Part shown: in pieces, positions 1 to 9,998 of the stretch
Position numbering within the stretch: the stretch's first letter is position 1
How the letters are laid out: each line of letters starts with the position of its first letter
DNA from: a virus
Taxonomy: Duplodnaviria > Caudoviricetes
Length of the DNA: 63,225 bases
Virus record (IMG/VR): IMGVR_UViG_3300049167_000226
Span: 1 to 63,225 of that record
Direction: 5' to 3' (one strand)
Notes under the pieces: model-generated
What the model was told of the DNA's origin: nothing
The model's input: the letters and a program-made list of their open reading frames with translations, nothing else
Database searches by the model: none
Program-made: the position numbers and the translations under genes

Positions 1-468
1 TCAGGTGATCTTCCACGCCTCGAATTCCTCAACGACGTGACGCAGGTTCATTCCGTTCGATCGTGTTCGATCGAGATCCGGTAGGCCTTGCACATGGCAG
101 CGCTCCGCCATGACTTTCAGGGCCGCTTCCTCGGTTTTCACTTCCAGAAATGCTCGAAACAGCGGCGTACGGCACAGGCCGCGCGCCTCTTCTTCGCGTG
201 GGCCAGGCTCCGATGGCGGCGCGTCTCCCGGCTGATCGGCTTCCGGCTTCGTGTCGGGTCTGCCTTCGCGGACCTCGTCAGCCGTAGGTTCGCGCTGGCC
301 GACCGGTTGCGCGGCTTGGCGCTCGGCCGGCGCGACGATGTCGATCACGACATAGCCGTCTGCATCAACGCGCAGTTCGATCTCGCGGGCACGGCCGACA
401 TTCGGCAGGACAGCAGCGACCACCTCGTCGACTGAAAACATATATCGCTCGACATGAATTGCTGTCAT
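1..468 (-). CDS. Hypothetical phage protein
   Basis: ORF coupled to upstream gene by 4-bp overlap. Confidence 0.65.
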   Translation of the reverse strand: MTAIHVERYMFSVDEVVAAVLPNVGRAREIELRVDADGYVVIDIVAPAERQAAQPVGQREPTADEVREGRPDTKPEADQPGDAPPSEPGPREEEARGLCRTPLFRAFLEVKTEEAALKVMAERCHVQGLPDLDRTRSNGMNLRHVVEEFEAWKIT

Positions 469-734
469 CGCTTGGCTCCCTTGAAAAGGAAGGCGTCACG
501 CCGGCGCGTCCATTCACCCAGGCGGAAAGCATATTCGCTCGTCTCTGTCGCACCGACCACGCTGCGCGTGCCCGGAGCCTGAAAGATCAGAACAGGGAAG
601 TCGCGGATGAGCGCCTCAGCTTCGACGAGCAGCTCGGCGGTTTCGTCCAGGGTATCGGCGAGCGTGTTCTTGTTGACGAGCCGGTTGATCTTGGCGAGAT
701 CGCGAAGCTTTTGGATAATGACGAGGGCAGTCAA
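465..734 (-). CDS. Hypothetical phage protein
   Basis: Part of overlapping leftward operon. Confidence 0.65.
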   Translation of the reverse strand: MTALVIIQKLRDLAKINRLVNKNTLADTLDETAELLVEAEALIRDFPVLIFQAPGTRSVVGATETSEYAFRLGEWTRRRDAFLFKGAKR

Positions 735-1306
735 TCCGTCGCCCTCCCGACAGTCGCCCGGAGGCGTCGCATGGCTTGGTCATGCTCTGAGGTCTGAACG
801 AGCGACCCGATGAGGTCTTCGGCAGCTTGAAGAAGTTCGATTTCTCCGGCCTCAAGCATATCGGCCGCTTCTTCAATATCGGCTGGAAAATAGTGGCCGG
901 CGCCGTCGATCTTCCCGTCGCGGAGAATGGTCGCATATGAGCGAAGGCATTCCGCGACGAATGACACGTTCACTCCGTAGGCCTGGCGAGCGATGCCGGT
1001 CGGTGGTTCGGGTGATGGCGCGGGAGATGCAGCCATCGCGCGGATGGCAGCTGCGATCGGGGTGCTTAAGAAATAGGGAGTGTGGTTCTCAGCTATCCTC
1101 GCGCATTCCCGTATTGTGGCCATCCTGACGCCTTCCGTTACGGTGGAGTGCTCCTTTAGACGCCTCGCGATCGCGGCGAAGCCTTCCGCCATGACCGCCG
1201 CAACGTCCATCGCGTGACTATTTTGGCGATTGTGAGCCTCTCCGATCGCCGCGTTCCAGAAGCATTCAAGCGCGTCCGCGACAATCGTCGTCGATAGGTC
1301 AGGCAA
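731..1306 (-). CDS. Hypothetical phage protein
   Basis: Overlapping start/stop with neighbours. Confidence 0.65.
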   Translation of the reverse strand: MPDLSTTIVADALECFWNAAIGEAHNRQNSHAMDVAAVMAEGFAAIARRLKEHSTVTEGVRMATIRECARIAENHTPYFLSTPIAAAIRAMAASPAPSPEPPTGIARQAYGVNVSFVAECLRSYATILRDGKIDGAGHYFPADIEEAADMLEAGEIELLQAAEDLIGSLVQTSEHDQAMRRLRATVGRATD

Positions 1307-1628
1307 TGCCGTTCTCCCTGAGAAAGGCCTCGAGGCCGACCGGCTGCTCGGAGACGGTGAAATAGTGCGCGAGTTGAGCTTCGAGCCTGTCCCAGGCCTT
1401 ATTGAAGCGATCGACGACGCGGTTCCAGACAGGGGCTGGGGTGGAGCGCTTGCGCATGCCGCGCTCGACCTTCTTCCACCTCGCCTTCAGTTGCTTCCAG
1501 CGAGCCCGCACCCGGGCTGGTAAGGCACGCCAGCATTTTCCGCAGATGATGTGCGAAGAGCCAGGATATTTCTCCTGGGCCGCGGTGCGCCGGCAGTGTG
1601 GGTTGAGGCAGGAGATCCGATCAGGCAT
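1299..1628 (-). CDS. Hypothetical protein with putative Zn-binding Cys pairs
   Basis: Start moved to MPDRISC; CLNPHC and CGKC motifs. Confidence 0.65.
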   Translation of the reverse strand: MPDRISCLNPHCRRTAAQEKYPGSSHIICGKCWRALPARVRARWKQLKARWKKVERGMRKRSTPAPVWNRVVDRFNKAWDRLEAQLAHYFTVSEQPVGLEAFLRENGIA

Positions 1629-1863
1629 GGCTGGCGGCCTCTGCCCGCATTTTCTGTTCTTCCCGCCTTCGCCAATAGTGAATTTCCCGGTAGGCCAGCG
1701 AATAGCGCTCCCGAACGTCATCAGGCACCGTCAGTTTCTTGCGAAGATATTTCTGGTATTCGTAGAGCGCCTGTCTGAGAGGGCATTTCGACGATGTATC
1801 ATCGCACTCAGGAAGGTGGCAGGTAAGACACGGGTGTCGGCGGTTATCGAGCCTGCTCATCAC
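1621..1863 (-). CDS. Small Cys-rich hypothetical protein
   Basis: CLTC...C...CP; coupled overlaps. Confidence 0.6.
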   Translation of the reverse strand: MMSRLDNRRHPCLTCHLPECDDTSSKCPLRQALYEYQKYLRKKLTVPDDVRERYSLAYREIHYWRRREEQKMRAEAASHA

Positions 1864-2153
1864 TCTGCTCCAACCAGTCTAAAGACCGGCTTCCCCTCGA
1901 CGATCTTCGCGTATTGGGGCTCTCGATAGAGGTGGGGGCCATAGTGCGAGAGGCCTTCGGTTAGCAGAAAGTGGACCAAGGCTCCGTTCTGCGTGTTTTC
2001 AGCTGTCCATCGCCACTGTTTACGGCCGTCCGAACCGGTACCGAACGTTGGCGCTTCGATGATCCGCGCCTCAAGATTCATAAACTGCTCGCATTCGTAG
2101 ATGATGTCGCCGATTGAGAGGTGCCGAATTTCGTCGTCCCGGATCCTGGTCAT
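1860..2153 (-). CDS. Hypothetical phage protein
   Basis: 4-bp overlaps on both sides. Confidence 0.65.
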   Translation of the reverse strand: MTRIRDDEIRHLSIGDIIYECEQFMNLEARIIEAPTFGTGSDGRKQWRWTAENTQNGALVHFLLTEGLSHYGPHLYREPQYAKIVEGKPVFRLVGAE

Positions 2154-2434
2154 GACGCCTTTCCATGCATCAGTGGAGCGTATCTGGTCTCAATTTCTGT
2201 AAGCTCGGCCCGAGAAGCGCGTACTGTCTCCTCCCAGATTGCGGGCCACATGCGGAAGATCGCCTTGGCGACCTCTTCCCCTGCCTCGTATTTCGGATGG
2301 CCGACGAAATTGACCTCGACCTGCAACAGCGATCCGTCGGAATTTTCGCCAACGACCTGAATGGCGGTGCGCAGCGCGCTGGCCCTGCGCGCATCTTTCT
2401 GTGCCTGTTCGGCCATCTCTTGAAGATCAGACAT
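2150..2434 (-). CDS. Hypothetical phage protein
   Basis: Coupled overlaps. Confidence 0.6.
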   Translation of the reverse strand: MSDLQEMAEQAQKDARRASALRTAIQVVGENSDGSLLQVEVNFVGHPKYEAGEEVAKAIFRMWPAIWEETVRASRAELTEIETRYAPLMHGKAS

Positions 2435-2678
2435 CGGGAACGTCTCCGGTATAAATCATGACAGGCGGGTGTCCGGTGCCGAGGATGCGGAGGATGATCG
2501 GGGCGCCGGCGACGATCGCCGCGATCTCGCCGGGATCGGGAATCCATGCTGTTTCCATCGCCGGCGTGTCCGGACCGTTGACGCTATCGTCGACGAGAAC
2601 GTCACGCAGCGGTAGGCCGATATATCCCTGCGACTTGCCGATGGTGCGGGTGTAGCCTTTGATGACGCCGATCTGCAT
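2427..2678 (-). CDS. Hypothetical phage protein
   Basis: Coupled overlaps, protein-like composition. Confidence 0.65.
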   Translation of the reverse strand: MQIGVIKGYTRTIGKSQGYIGLPLRDVLVDDSVNGPDTPAMETAWIPDPGEIAAIVAGAPIILRILGTGHPPVMIYTGDVPDV

Positions 2679-2881
2679 TATCGATCCTTCCCGAATTCAG
2701 CTTCAGCCGCCGCCCGCTTGGCGGGACGCATCTTCACGACGGCAGCAGCCTCATCCAGCCGCCGACGGAACTCCATCGCCTCGTCGTCTCTTTCGAATGG
2801 CAGGGTGAGGTAAGCGCTCCACGCTGCCTCGATCATGCGGGTGACAACCCGCTCGGAAACCGTCAGGTCGCTCATGGTCAC
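2678..2881 (-). CDS. Hypothetical phage protein
   Basis: Coupled overlaps, GGAGG RBS. Confidence 0.6.
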   Translation of the reverse strand: MTMSDLTVSERVVTRMIEAAWSAYLTLPFERDDEAMEFRRRLDEAAAVVKMRPAKRAAAEAEFGKDR

Positions 2882-3408
2882 CTCCAGGACATTTCAAAGG
2901 GGATATCGTCATCGAGATCGCGGGAGAAACTCCCGCCGCTGCCACCGCCGCCAAAGCTGCGGTCGTCGCGGCCGCCGCTCGAGCGGTTGTCGGTGCGGCT
3001 CCGGTTGCGATCGTCATCGCGATCGGCGCGCCGGCTGTTGCCGCTGTCGCCGTTATCCGGACGGCCGTCGAGCATCACGAGCTTCGCGTCGAACTGCAAA
3101 ACCACTTCGGTGGAATATCGGTCGCTTCCATCCTGGTGTTGCCACTTGCGGGTCTGGAGCTTGCCCTCGAGGTAGACCTTGGAGCCCTTCCGAAGATACT
3201 GCTCGGCGACCTTTACAAGGCCCTCGTTCCATATGACGATGTTGTGCCAGTCGGTCTTTTCCTTCTTCTCGCCGCTGTTCCGATCGCGCCAGGACTCGGA
3301 GGTGGCAAGGCTGAAGGACGCGGAGGCGTTGCCGCTCTGGGTGCGTCTGATCTCGGGATCGGCACCGAGATTGCCGAGGAGGGTAACCTTGTTGACGGAT
3401 CCTGCCAT
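2878..3408 (-). CDS. ssb: Single-stranded DNA-binding protein
   Basis: MAGSVNKVTLLGNLGADPE, KVYLEGKLQTRKW, acidic DDDIPF tail. Confidence 0.97.
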   Translation of the reverse strand: MAGSVNKVTLLGNLGADPEIRRTQSGNASASFSLATSESWRDRNSGEKKEKTDWHNIVIWNEGLVKVAEQYLRKGSKVYLEGKLQTRKWQHQDGSDRYSTEVVLQFDAKLVMLDGRPDNGDSGNSRRADRDDDRNRSRTDNRSSGGRDDRSFGGGGSGGSFSRDLDDDIPFEMSWR

Positions 3409-3746
3409 CAGTGAACTCCACCGGTATTCTGGCGAGCGGCGAGCTCGCGCTGGTGCTGCACAATTTCGTTGAAGATCATCCCGGCAAGCCGGGCGCCGCA
3501 GCTCTTGCAGGCATCGCCACCATGCTCGGCCTGCAGAAGCGCCATGCAAAAGCGGGGCAGCATCGTGATCAGGTCGGCTTGCAGATCCAGCGACGGTGTT
3601 CCGGTGGAGCCGGCCGATCGTAGGAACTCGACGAAGCTCAGCTGAAGGAAGGTGCCCTCGGGCGTGATCATCTCCAGAGGATGCTTTTCAGCAAGGTCGG
3701 CGAGATAAAGCAGCCATTCTGCCTGATTTTTGGGGGGCTGGATCAC
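3408..3746 (-). CDS. Hypothetical protein
   Basis: Coupled overlaps with ssb and J-protein gene. Confidence 0.6.
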   Translation of the reverse strand: MIQPPKNQAEWLLYLADLAEKHPLEMITPEGTFLQLSFVEFLRSAGSTGTPSLDLQADLITMLPRFCMALLQAEHGGDACKSCGARLAGMIFNEIVQHQRELAARQNTGGVH

Positions 3747-4330
3747 TGGCTGATCTCCTTCAATGCTTCCTCACGGGCACGGTTCAGCTCAGCCATCTCG
3801 TTCTGCGAGCCACCGGCGACGTCCGGATGAAGTTTCTTGGCGCGATCCCGATACAGGCCGTTGATCGTTTCCGTGTCAGTCGTGAAGAAGCTACCGTCGA
3901 CACCTAGAACCTCGCGCCAAGACCGCTTCGTGTCGGGTGCCGGCAGAGCTTGGAAGCCGGTAAACGTGGCCCGAACGATGTGAAGGCCACCGTGGCGAAG
4001 CTCAGTACGTCGGCCGTCGATGATGTGGTGGATCGCCTGGACATTATCCTCGACCTTGGGATACCGGTCGACGGCGATGCAGACCGACATGCCGTCCCAG
4101 GTAAACCAGACGGCCACGCCGGGGTCGGCCGGCTTATCCTCGCCGAGAGTGACGTTGGATGAAATAACGATCTGGTCGACCTTTTTGCCGCTGTCCGCGG
4201 CGAAGAGCTGCAGCGAGCTTTTCACGTTCTTCAGAGCCGTCGATAGCGCGGTGCGGAAATTCGACTTCGCCGCCGGCTTAGATCGAGGAATATTATGTGG
4301 CCAGGTGAGGGGATAGGCTGTCGGGCTCAT
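3743..4330 (-). CDS. C-terminal J-domain (DnaJ-like) protein
   Basis: WREVLGV...YRDRAKKLHPDVAGG...MAELNRAREEA with intact HPD. Confidence 0.85.
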   Translation of the reverse strand: MSPTAYPLTWPHNIPRSKPAAKSNFRTALSTALKNVKSSLQLFAADSGKKVDQIVISSNVTLGEDKPADPGVAVWFTWDGMSVCIAVDRYPKVEDNVQAIHHIIDGRRTELRHGGLHIVRATFTGFQALPAPDTKRSWREVLGVDGSFFTTDTETINGLYRDRAKKLHPDVAGGSQNEMAELNRAREEALKEISQ

Positions 4331-4333
4331 GGT

Positions 4334-5449
4334 TCACATCACAATCGTCAGAGTTTCGGATGCCCGGGTGATGCCGGTATAGAGATGGCGGCCGCGATCG
4401 GCGCCGAAGGTCGAGCTTTCGTCGAAGAGGCAGACGTTGCTCCACTGGCTGCCCTGGGATTTATGGACGGTTAGCGCGTAGCCGAAATCGAACTGCTGCG
4501 TTCCGCGCAGCTCTTTCCAATCGACTTCATTGCCTCGGCCGCGAAAGAATTCCTCGCGGACGCGCACGTCGATCGGCGCCGCCTGGTCGAAATCGAGCGA
4601 CTTGACGCACATGTGCACGCAGTGATCGTTCTGGGAGCCGCGAGGTCTCTTGTTGAGGTCGAGAACCTTCCAGAGGCCGCCGTTGAAAATACCAAGTTCA
4701 GAATCGTTCTTTAGCGCTACGAGGATGTCGTCGGCCTGCGGGAGGGGACTGTCGAAGCCGGCCAACTCGCGAAGCCGATCATTATAGGCCGTCCTGGTCT
4801 TATTCATCCCGACCAGCACTTGGTCGACCGATCGGACCATCTCGGCATCGACATCGTCGCGGCGCATAATCCGGAGCTTCCCGAAATCGCCGTGCTTCAG
4901 CGGTCGGCCCTCGCGCACGGCTGTTGCCGCACGCAGGATCGGGTTCTCCGCAGCTTGCCGGTGGATCTCGGTCAGCATGATGTCCGGCTCGGCATTGGTG
5001 AAAAAGCCTCCGCCTTTGACCGGCGGCAGCTGCGCCGGATCTCCAAGTACGAGTACCGGGATGCCGAAGGACAGAAGATCGCGGCCTAGGTCCTCGTCGA
5101 CCATCGAGCATTCGTCGACGATGAAGAGCTTCACGCCCTGAAGGTCGAACTTTGGCCGCTTCTTGAACTTGGTCCGGCCGGTCTCTTCGTCGATATCGAC
5201 CTTGTAGATGGTCGAGTGGATCGTGGTTGCGCCATCGCAGCCGTTCTTCCTCATCACCATCGCAGCCTTGCCGGTGAAGGCCGCGTAATGAACGCGGCCG
5301 TCCACCTGATCAGCAAAGTGTCGGGCGAGCGTCGTCTTGCCCGTACCGGCATACCCGAAGATGCGGAACACCGGGCGGTCAGCCGTGGCATAGTAGAACC
5401 AGCCGGCTACCGTATCGATGGCGGACGATTGAACGGCCGAGAACTGCAT
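4334..5449 (-). CDS. RecD/Dda-like SF1B DNA helicase
   Basis: GYAGTGKT, IVDECSMV, GDPAQLPPV, YALTVHKSQGS, YTGITRA; start moved to MQFSAVQ. Confidence 0.93.
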   Translation of the reverse strand: MQFSAVQSSAIDTVAGWFYYATADRPVFRIFGYAGTGKTTLARHFADQVDGRVHYAAFTGKAAMVMRKNGCDGATTIHSTIYKVDIDEETGRTKFKKRPKFDLQGVKLFIVDECSMVDEDLGRDLLSFGIPVLVLGDPAQLPPVKGGGFFTNAEPDIMLTEIHRQAAENPILRAATAVREGRPLKHGDFGKLRIMRRDDVDAEMVRSVDQVLVGMNKTRTAYNDRLRELAGFDSPLPQADDILVALKNDSELGIFNGGLWKVLDLNKRPRGSQNDHCVHMCVKSLDFDQAAPIDVRVREEFFRGRGNEVDWKELRGTQQFDFGYALTVHKSQGSQWSNVCLFDESSTFGADRGRHLYTGITRASETLTIVM

Positions 5450-5450
5450 A

Positions 5451-6191
5451 TCAGAAGCTCCGATCCCAGGAGCTCGATCGCACCGGCCGCACAGCTGGTG
5501 CCGGCCTCTCCGCCGATCGCCGATTGATCTCATTCTGAGCGGCAGTCTTCACGCCCTTGCGAGCTTCGGAACGGAGGAGCCACGACAAGTAGCCATCCGG
5601 GATATCGCTGAAACGCTTTCCCTTATGCTCGCCGTACGGCATCTTCAGCGGCACAGCACCCGGGTCGGAGAGCGCGAGCATCTCATCGATCGTCAGGTGC
5701 TTCAGCAACTGTACGAAGATGCCGGCCGACACTGCTGCATCGTAACCGGCGCGGTGAGCATCGCCCTCGACCGTGATGCCGAGAAATTCCTTCAGCGTTT
5801 CGTTTTTATGGTTTGGTGCGTGGGGCCAGACATGGCGGGCGCATTCGAGTGTGCAGATCCACGGCAAAGCAGATCGGACGAACTGGCGATCAAAGGCAAC
5901 ATTGTGGGCGCCGAGGATGGTCGCACCGCGCGACAGCAAGGCTCTCGCCTCGTTCGGGTCCATGCCGTCGGCTACCATATCGTCGGTTATGCCGTGGATC
6001 TCGGTGCACTTCGATGGGATCGGGTGGCCAGGGTTGACGAACCTGCTCTGGTGCTGGCCTTCAATTCTCCAACCATCCGGATAAAGGACGAAGTCGACCC
6101 ATCCGATTTCGCAGATCTCGGCACGGGGAGGAAAGCCGGTGGTTTCGGTGTCGCAAAGCCGGAAAACGGAGAGGGGGGCGATCTCAAGCAT
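5451..6191 (-). CDS. DEDDh 3'-5' exonuclease (DnaQ/ExoX-like) with C-terminal MPYGxHKG domain
   Basis: DTETTG, AHNVAFD, AHRAGYD motifs; MPYGEHKGKRFSDIPDGYLSWL. Confidence 0.92.
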   Translation of the reverse strand: MLEIAPLSVFRLCDTETTGFPPRAEICEIGWVDFVLYPDGWRIEGQHQSRFVNPGHPIPSKCTEIHGITDDMVADGMDPNEARALLSRGATILGAHNVAFDRQFVRSALPWICTLECARHVWPHAPNHKNETLKEFLGITVEGDAHRAGYDAAVSAGIFVQLLKHLTIDEMLALSDPGAVPLKMPYGEHKGKRFSDIPDGYLSWLLRSEARKGVKTAAQNEINRRSAERPAPAVRPVRSSSWDRSF

Positions 6192-6381
6192 TGATCACCT
6201 CTGCAGCAATCCATGCTTCGTGCGGCGGGAATGTCGCCTGGATGGCGGTCTTCACCTGCCGAAGGAGCTTGAGCTGCTCTTCAAGCTCCACGATCTGCTG
6301 ATCGAGGCTTTTGACGAATGCCACCGCGGCTTCACCGGTGGTTGGAGGAAGGCCGATTTGAAACTGCTTTGCCATGCTCAC
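6184..6381 (-). CDS. Small coiled-coil hypothetical protein
   Basis: Coupled overlaps. Confidence 0.55.
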   Translation of the reverse strand: MSMAKQFQIGLPPTTGEAAVAFVKSLDQQIVELEEQLKLLRQVKTAIQATFPPHEAWIAAEVINA

Positions 6382-7508
6382 TCTCCTTCTGCGTCGAAGC
6401 CTTCCAGCCAGGCGGCCGTCATCGCTTCGTCCTTCTTGAATTCTGCGGGGATTGCCTTGCGGCTCATGCCTTTCGAGCGGGCGTCGCGGCCGGCGCGGTA
6501 TGCGGCGGCTTCCTGCTCAGCGGCATCGTTCTGGTTGTCTTCGCCGCCTTCGCGATCGTTGTCGTGCCGATCGTCATCACGATCCCGATCGCTGTCTTGT
6601 CGGACGTTCCGCTGCTGGCGCTGGTCCTGCTTGCGTGAGCCGCCTTCCTTGCGGTCCGCCGGCTGCTTTTCTTTCTCGCCGACCTTCTCCATCGGCATCG
6701 ATACTCCGGACTGGTCGGAGATGCCGGCGAGGGCGTCGAGGCGATTGGCAAGTCCGCGCGGCCGCTGGGCGGCCGGCGTCACATCGCGGGCTTGGGCGGC
6801 CAGGTCGTAAAGGAAGCTGTCGCGGGACAGGACAGTCTCGAGCTCGCGGGAGATCGGAAGGCGCTTGGCGAGCCGTTTGAAGACGGTCTTCTTTGCCATC
6901 TCCTCGTACCAGTCGACCCAAGGGCCGCTGCCCGCCGTCTTTGATGTGGCTTTGACCTTTTCGATGTCCTGCGGCCACATCTCCTCTACGAAGCCGCCGC
7001 CTTCCTTCATGACGACCTGAGCGAAATACCGGCGGACCAACTGGCGATCCTGCTTATCGGCGGCCTCGTATTGCAGGTGTTCGCCTTCGTCGTCAGTCCA
7101 TGCGCGGAACTGGTCGCCGCCATAAACGATGCCGACGGTTGCGCTTTTCACTAGACCGGTGTTGTAGACCTTGGTGAAAATCCCGCGGATCATCGGGAGC
7201 CACTGAACCTTTTTGATCCAGATTTCCTTCCCGTTCTCCTTGATCTTCGTGTTGTAAACGACCATCGCGCCCTCCTTCTTGTCGGGCATGAGGCCATCGA
7301 TCGCGGCGGCAAGGGCGGCTTCGAAGAACGAAACCCGATCGGCCACCAGTAAGCCCGGGTCAGACATCGCTGCGCGGATCAGGGTCGCCTTGAATTGCTC
7401 CGGCGTGATGCGTGCCGGAAGCGCATCGGCGAAGGTCCCAAGCCGCTGCTCAAGCTGCTCGCGCAGCGTCTGGACCTTCGGGTCGTTGGAAATGGCTACA
7501 TCGTTCAT
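6378..7508 (-). CDS. recT: RecT-family single-strand annealing protein
   Basis: GPWVDWYEEMAKKTVFKRLAKRLP; downstream of YqaJ; start moved to MNDVAIS. Confidence 0.92.
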   Translation of the reverse strand: MNDVAISNDPKVQTLREQLEQRLGTFADALPARITPEQFKATLIRAAMSDPGLLVADRVSFFEAALAAAIDGLMPDKKEGAMVVYNTKIKENGKEIWIKKVQWLPMIRGIFTKVYNTGLVKSATVGIVYGGDQFRAWTDDEGEHLQYEAADKQDRQLVRRYFAQVVMKEGGGFVEEMWPQDIEKVKATSKTAGSGPWVDWYEEMAKKTVFKRLAKRLPISRELETVLSRDSFLYDLAAQARDVTPAAQRPRGLANRLDALAGISDQSGVSMPMEKVGEKEKQPADRKEGGSRKQDQRQQRNVRQDSDRDRDDDRHDNDREGGEDNQNDAAEQEAAAYRAGRDARSKGMSRKAIPAEFKKDEAMTAAWLEGFDAEGE

Positions 7509-7519
7509 GGGAAATCCAA

Positions 7520-8317
7520 TCAGCGGAAGGAGGTCTTGGAGTCGCGGAAGATCCGGACGCCGGGCAGGGGCTTCTTGTCCTGGTGATGCTTCGCGTATGC
7601 GCGGCAAAACTTTTCGAGATCGGCCAGCGTGATGAAGTTGCGGAGATCCTCGAGCGGGATCTTCGTGGCGTCCTCGATCTCGGCCGTCCATCGCCCTGTG
7701 CTGCTGACCGTGCCTGCGCCGGTGCGCATCGGGCCGGTGCCGGCCTTGACTGCCTCCCGGGCAGCTTTCTGAGCTGCATCTTCGAGAACGGCCGCTTCGT
7801 TCATCACGACATCACCGAGCACCGAATGCTCCGCCGCCTGAGCTTCTTCGAGCTTTGCCGCCGCTTCCTCTTGGGCGATGCGCGCCCGCTCGGCGGCTTC
7901 GCGCGCCTCCTGGGCTTTCTTCGCATCGTTGTAGGCGCCGACCTTTTCGGCGAAGGCCGCCTTGATGCGCTCGACGCGAGTCTTCATCACGTTGAAGAAA
8001 CCGTTAATGACCTCAATCTCGTCGCGGCGGCTCTTGGTGGCCGACGTGCGATCGGCGTCGATGCCGCTGCTACCAGTAAGCTTGGTGGCCTTCTTGCCGA
8101 CCTCGACCATCCTCTCGACGATCTCGTCTGTCAGGCCGGGAGCTTTCCCGTCATCGCCTGGCTTTTCGGCATTGTCGACAAGCGCCTTTACCTCGTTGGC
8201 GCTCTTGGCCAAGTCTTCGACCGTGTCCATCAGGTTGCGATAGTCGACGGCAAGCTGCTCGGCGAGGGTGAGGGGTGGGCGGTTATGACCGATGCCGGCC
8301 ACTTCAGAAGCGTCCAT
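7520..8317 (-). CDS. Coiled-coil phage recombination-module protein
   Basis: IGHNRPP N-terminus, long helical body, LPGVRIF C-terminus; lies between yqaJ and recT. Confidence 0.7.
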   Translation of the reverse strand: MDASEVAGIGHNRPPLTLAEQLAVDYRNLMDTVEDLAKSANEVKALVDNAEKPGDDGKAPGLTDEIVERMVEVGKKATKLTGSSGIDADRTSATKSRRDEIEVINGFFNVMKTRVERIKAAFAEKVGAYNDAKKAQEAREAAERARIAQEEAAAKLEEAQAAEHSVLGDVVMNEAAVLEDAAQKAAREAVKAGTGPMRTGAGTVSSTGRWTAEIEDATKIPLEDLRNFITLADLEKFCRAYAKHHQDKKPLPGVRIFRDSKTSFR

Positions 8318-9239
8318 TGCTCTGATCCTTCAGTTTGATGCGGATTTGACGTTGTGTTCCGCCGTCGGCGCGGACGGTGGTCGGCGCCACGATTTCGAAG
8401 CGGCGAGTGGTGGCGATCTCGGCACTGCCCATCGCGTGAAGGATCTGGGCGCGGAACACGTCTTCGCGCTTTTGCAGATCACGTCGGGCAACCCGGGCGT
8501 CCTCGAGATTACTTGCGAAGGTGTCGACCAGCTCGTCACTCGTGAGGTCGATGCGCTTTGCTTCCGCCCACCGGTTGACGTCCAACACCGCCGCGCCGTC
8601 CCGATCCCAGTCGATCGGAGGATGCTCGCCGCGATCCGTTACGCGCCAGAACTCCGAAACCGCCGAAAGAAGCGCGCGCCAGACCTGCGGGTGCAGCGGG
8701 ATGTCGATCGCTTCCATCCGGATGCCGCGGCCGACCACGAGGACAGCGACAGCCGCCCACGCGGAGGCGGTCAGCTTCGCTTCCACGATCGCCTGGACGG
8801 CGATCCACAGCGGCACCTCGACGGATCCCGTTTCAGGATCGAGCCAGCTCGATCGAAATGCCTCTTCGGAAGCCGTCTTGAACTGGACGATTCCGCGGCC
8901 GTCCATATCCGGCCGATAGGCGAATGCGTCCGGCGTGGCACCAAGGCGCAGCGCGCGCTCTGCATAGAAGGCGTTGTCGGCGCGGTAGTCGATCGTCCAG
9001 GTCGGCCGCTCTTCGCGCAGCATCTCGACGGCAACCGGTTCGAGCAGCCGTCCGCGACGCATCGCATCCGTCTCTTCGGTGCTCTCGTCGAGGCGACCGG
9101 TCTTCAGAGCCCAGACCTGGTACGCGGTCGTGTAAGGGTGGCACTGCAGGAGCGCGCCGGCGATTGACGCGGTGACGAAACCCTTGCGGAGTTCGAGCCA
9201 ATCTAATCGGTCGCCGGGAAGAATAAGCTCAACCGACAT
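8304..9239 (-). CDS. YqaJ/lambda-exonuclease-like viral recombinase nuclease
   Basis: WLELRKGFVTAS, GRLLEP, GATPDA, QFKT motifs. Confidence 0.9.
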   Translation of the reverse strand: MSVELILPGDRLDWLELRKGFVTASIAGALLQCHPYTTAYQVWALKTGRLDESTEETDAMRRGRLLEPVAVEMLREERPTWTIDYRADNAFYAERALRLGATPDAFAYRPDMDGRGIVQFKTASEEAFRSSWLDPETGSVEVPLWIAVQAIVEAKLTASAWAAVAVLVVGRGIRMEAIDIPLHPQVWRALLSAVSEFWRVTDRGEHPPIDWDRDGAAVLDVNRWAEAKRIDLTSDELVDTFASNLEDARVARRDLQKREDVFRAQILHAMGSAEIATTRRFEIVAPTTVRADGGTQRQIRIKLKDQSNGRF

Positions 9240-9420
9240 GCGTGGCCTCCTCATCTCGGAAGAGGACCTGGATCATTTCAAGGCGATTGTAGGTGAGGGC
9301 ATCATCGACAAGCTGACGTTCGCGCTCGGATAGCGCTGCGCCGGCGGCCCACTTCCGAATGCATTCGGCGACTGACAGTCGCGAGGCCAAACCTATCGAT
9401 ATCGGAAGGGACGCGATCAT
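9229..9420 (-). CDS. Hypothetical protein
   Basis: Overlaps neighbours in PL operon. Confidence 0.5.
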   Translation of the reverse strand: MIASLPISIGLASRLSVAECIRKWAAGAALSERERQLVDDALTYNRLEMIQVLFRDEEATHVG

Positions 9421-9599
9421 GAAGGCTTCCCTTCACGAACCTGGATCAACGCTGCAGGGCGGCGGCGTTCGTTGCACCAGCGCTCGATGACCTCGCCAAT
9501 GCCCAGCGCGCGGCCGCAGCGGCTACAACCGTCAAACGCTTGATCGGGGAACGTAAGACCACGTCCACCATTGCGGGGGGCTTTCTTGGATACTGACAT
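9417..9599 (-). CDS. Small Zn-ribbon-like protein, first gene of PL transcript
   Basis: CSRC...WC motif; directly downstream of PL. Confidence 0.5.
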   Translation of the reverse strand: MSVSKKAPRNGGRGLTFPDQAFDGCSRCGRALGIGEVIERWCNERRRPAALIQVREGKPS

Positions 9600-9647
9600 C
9601 GACTTATTCCGCTTGAGGTCGCGGCCGCAGTGGCCGGTTGCTTGAGC

Positions 9648-9712
9648 GGATAATTGCGATACTCGCGAATTAAGTCAATAGATAAATCGCGAATCTCGCA
9701 AAATCGCGATTT
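9648..9712 (-). promoter_or_regulatory. PL promoter with OL operators
   Basis: Minus strand TTGACT-N16-CAATTA overlapping GCGA-N3-TCGC palindromes; nearly identical to PR. Confidence 0.75.
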
Positions 9713-9740
9713 CACCTGCCGCGGTTGGCGGCCAATCCTG

Positions 9741-9773
9741 CGCGCTCGCCCGCGCGGTTATTATTATAAATCT
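9741..9773. repeat. 33-bp element, copy 1 (copy 2 at 32746-32778)
   Basis: cgcgctcgcccgcgcggttattattataaatct; 28/33 identical to copy 2. Confidence 0.8.
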
Positions 9774-9968
9774 ATAGGTAATCGCGGGGATATTTTTATT
9801 ACTTATCCGGTTGGGTGGCCCATCAAGGGCCACCCCCTATAGTTCCGGCATGATAGCCGACAGACCGGATATTTAAATTCGTTAAGGCGTCCGTAGCTTT
9901 AGCTCTAGTACGCGGAAAACGAATCACTTTTGACTCGACATTCCGCATGACTCCTGCTTTTTTCGCGT

Positions 9969-9983
9969 GAACGGAATGAGAAC
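9969..9983 (+). promoter_or_regulatory. Alphaproteobacterial LexA (SOS) box
   Basis: GAAC-GGAATGA-GAAC (GAAC-N7-GAAC) just upstream of the AGGAG RBS of ORF 9999; TTGACT at 9930. Confidence 0.75.
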
Positions 9984-9998
9984 GAAGAGGAGAGCATA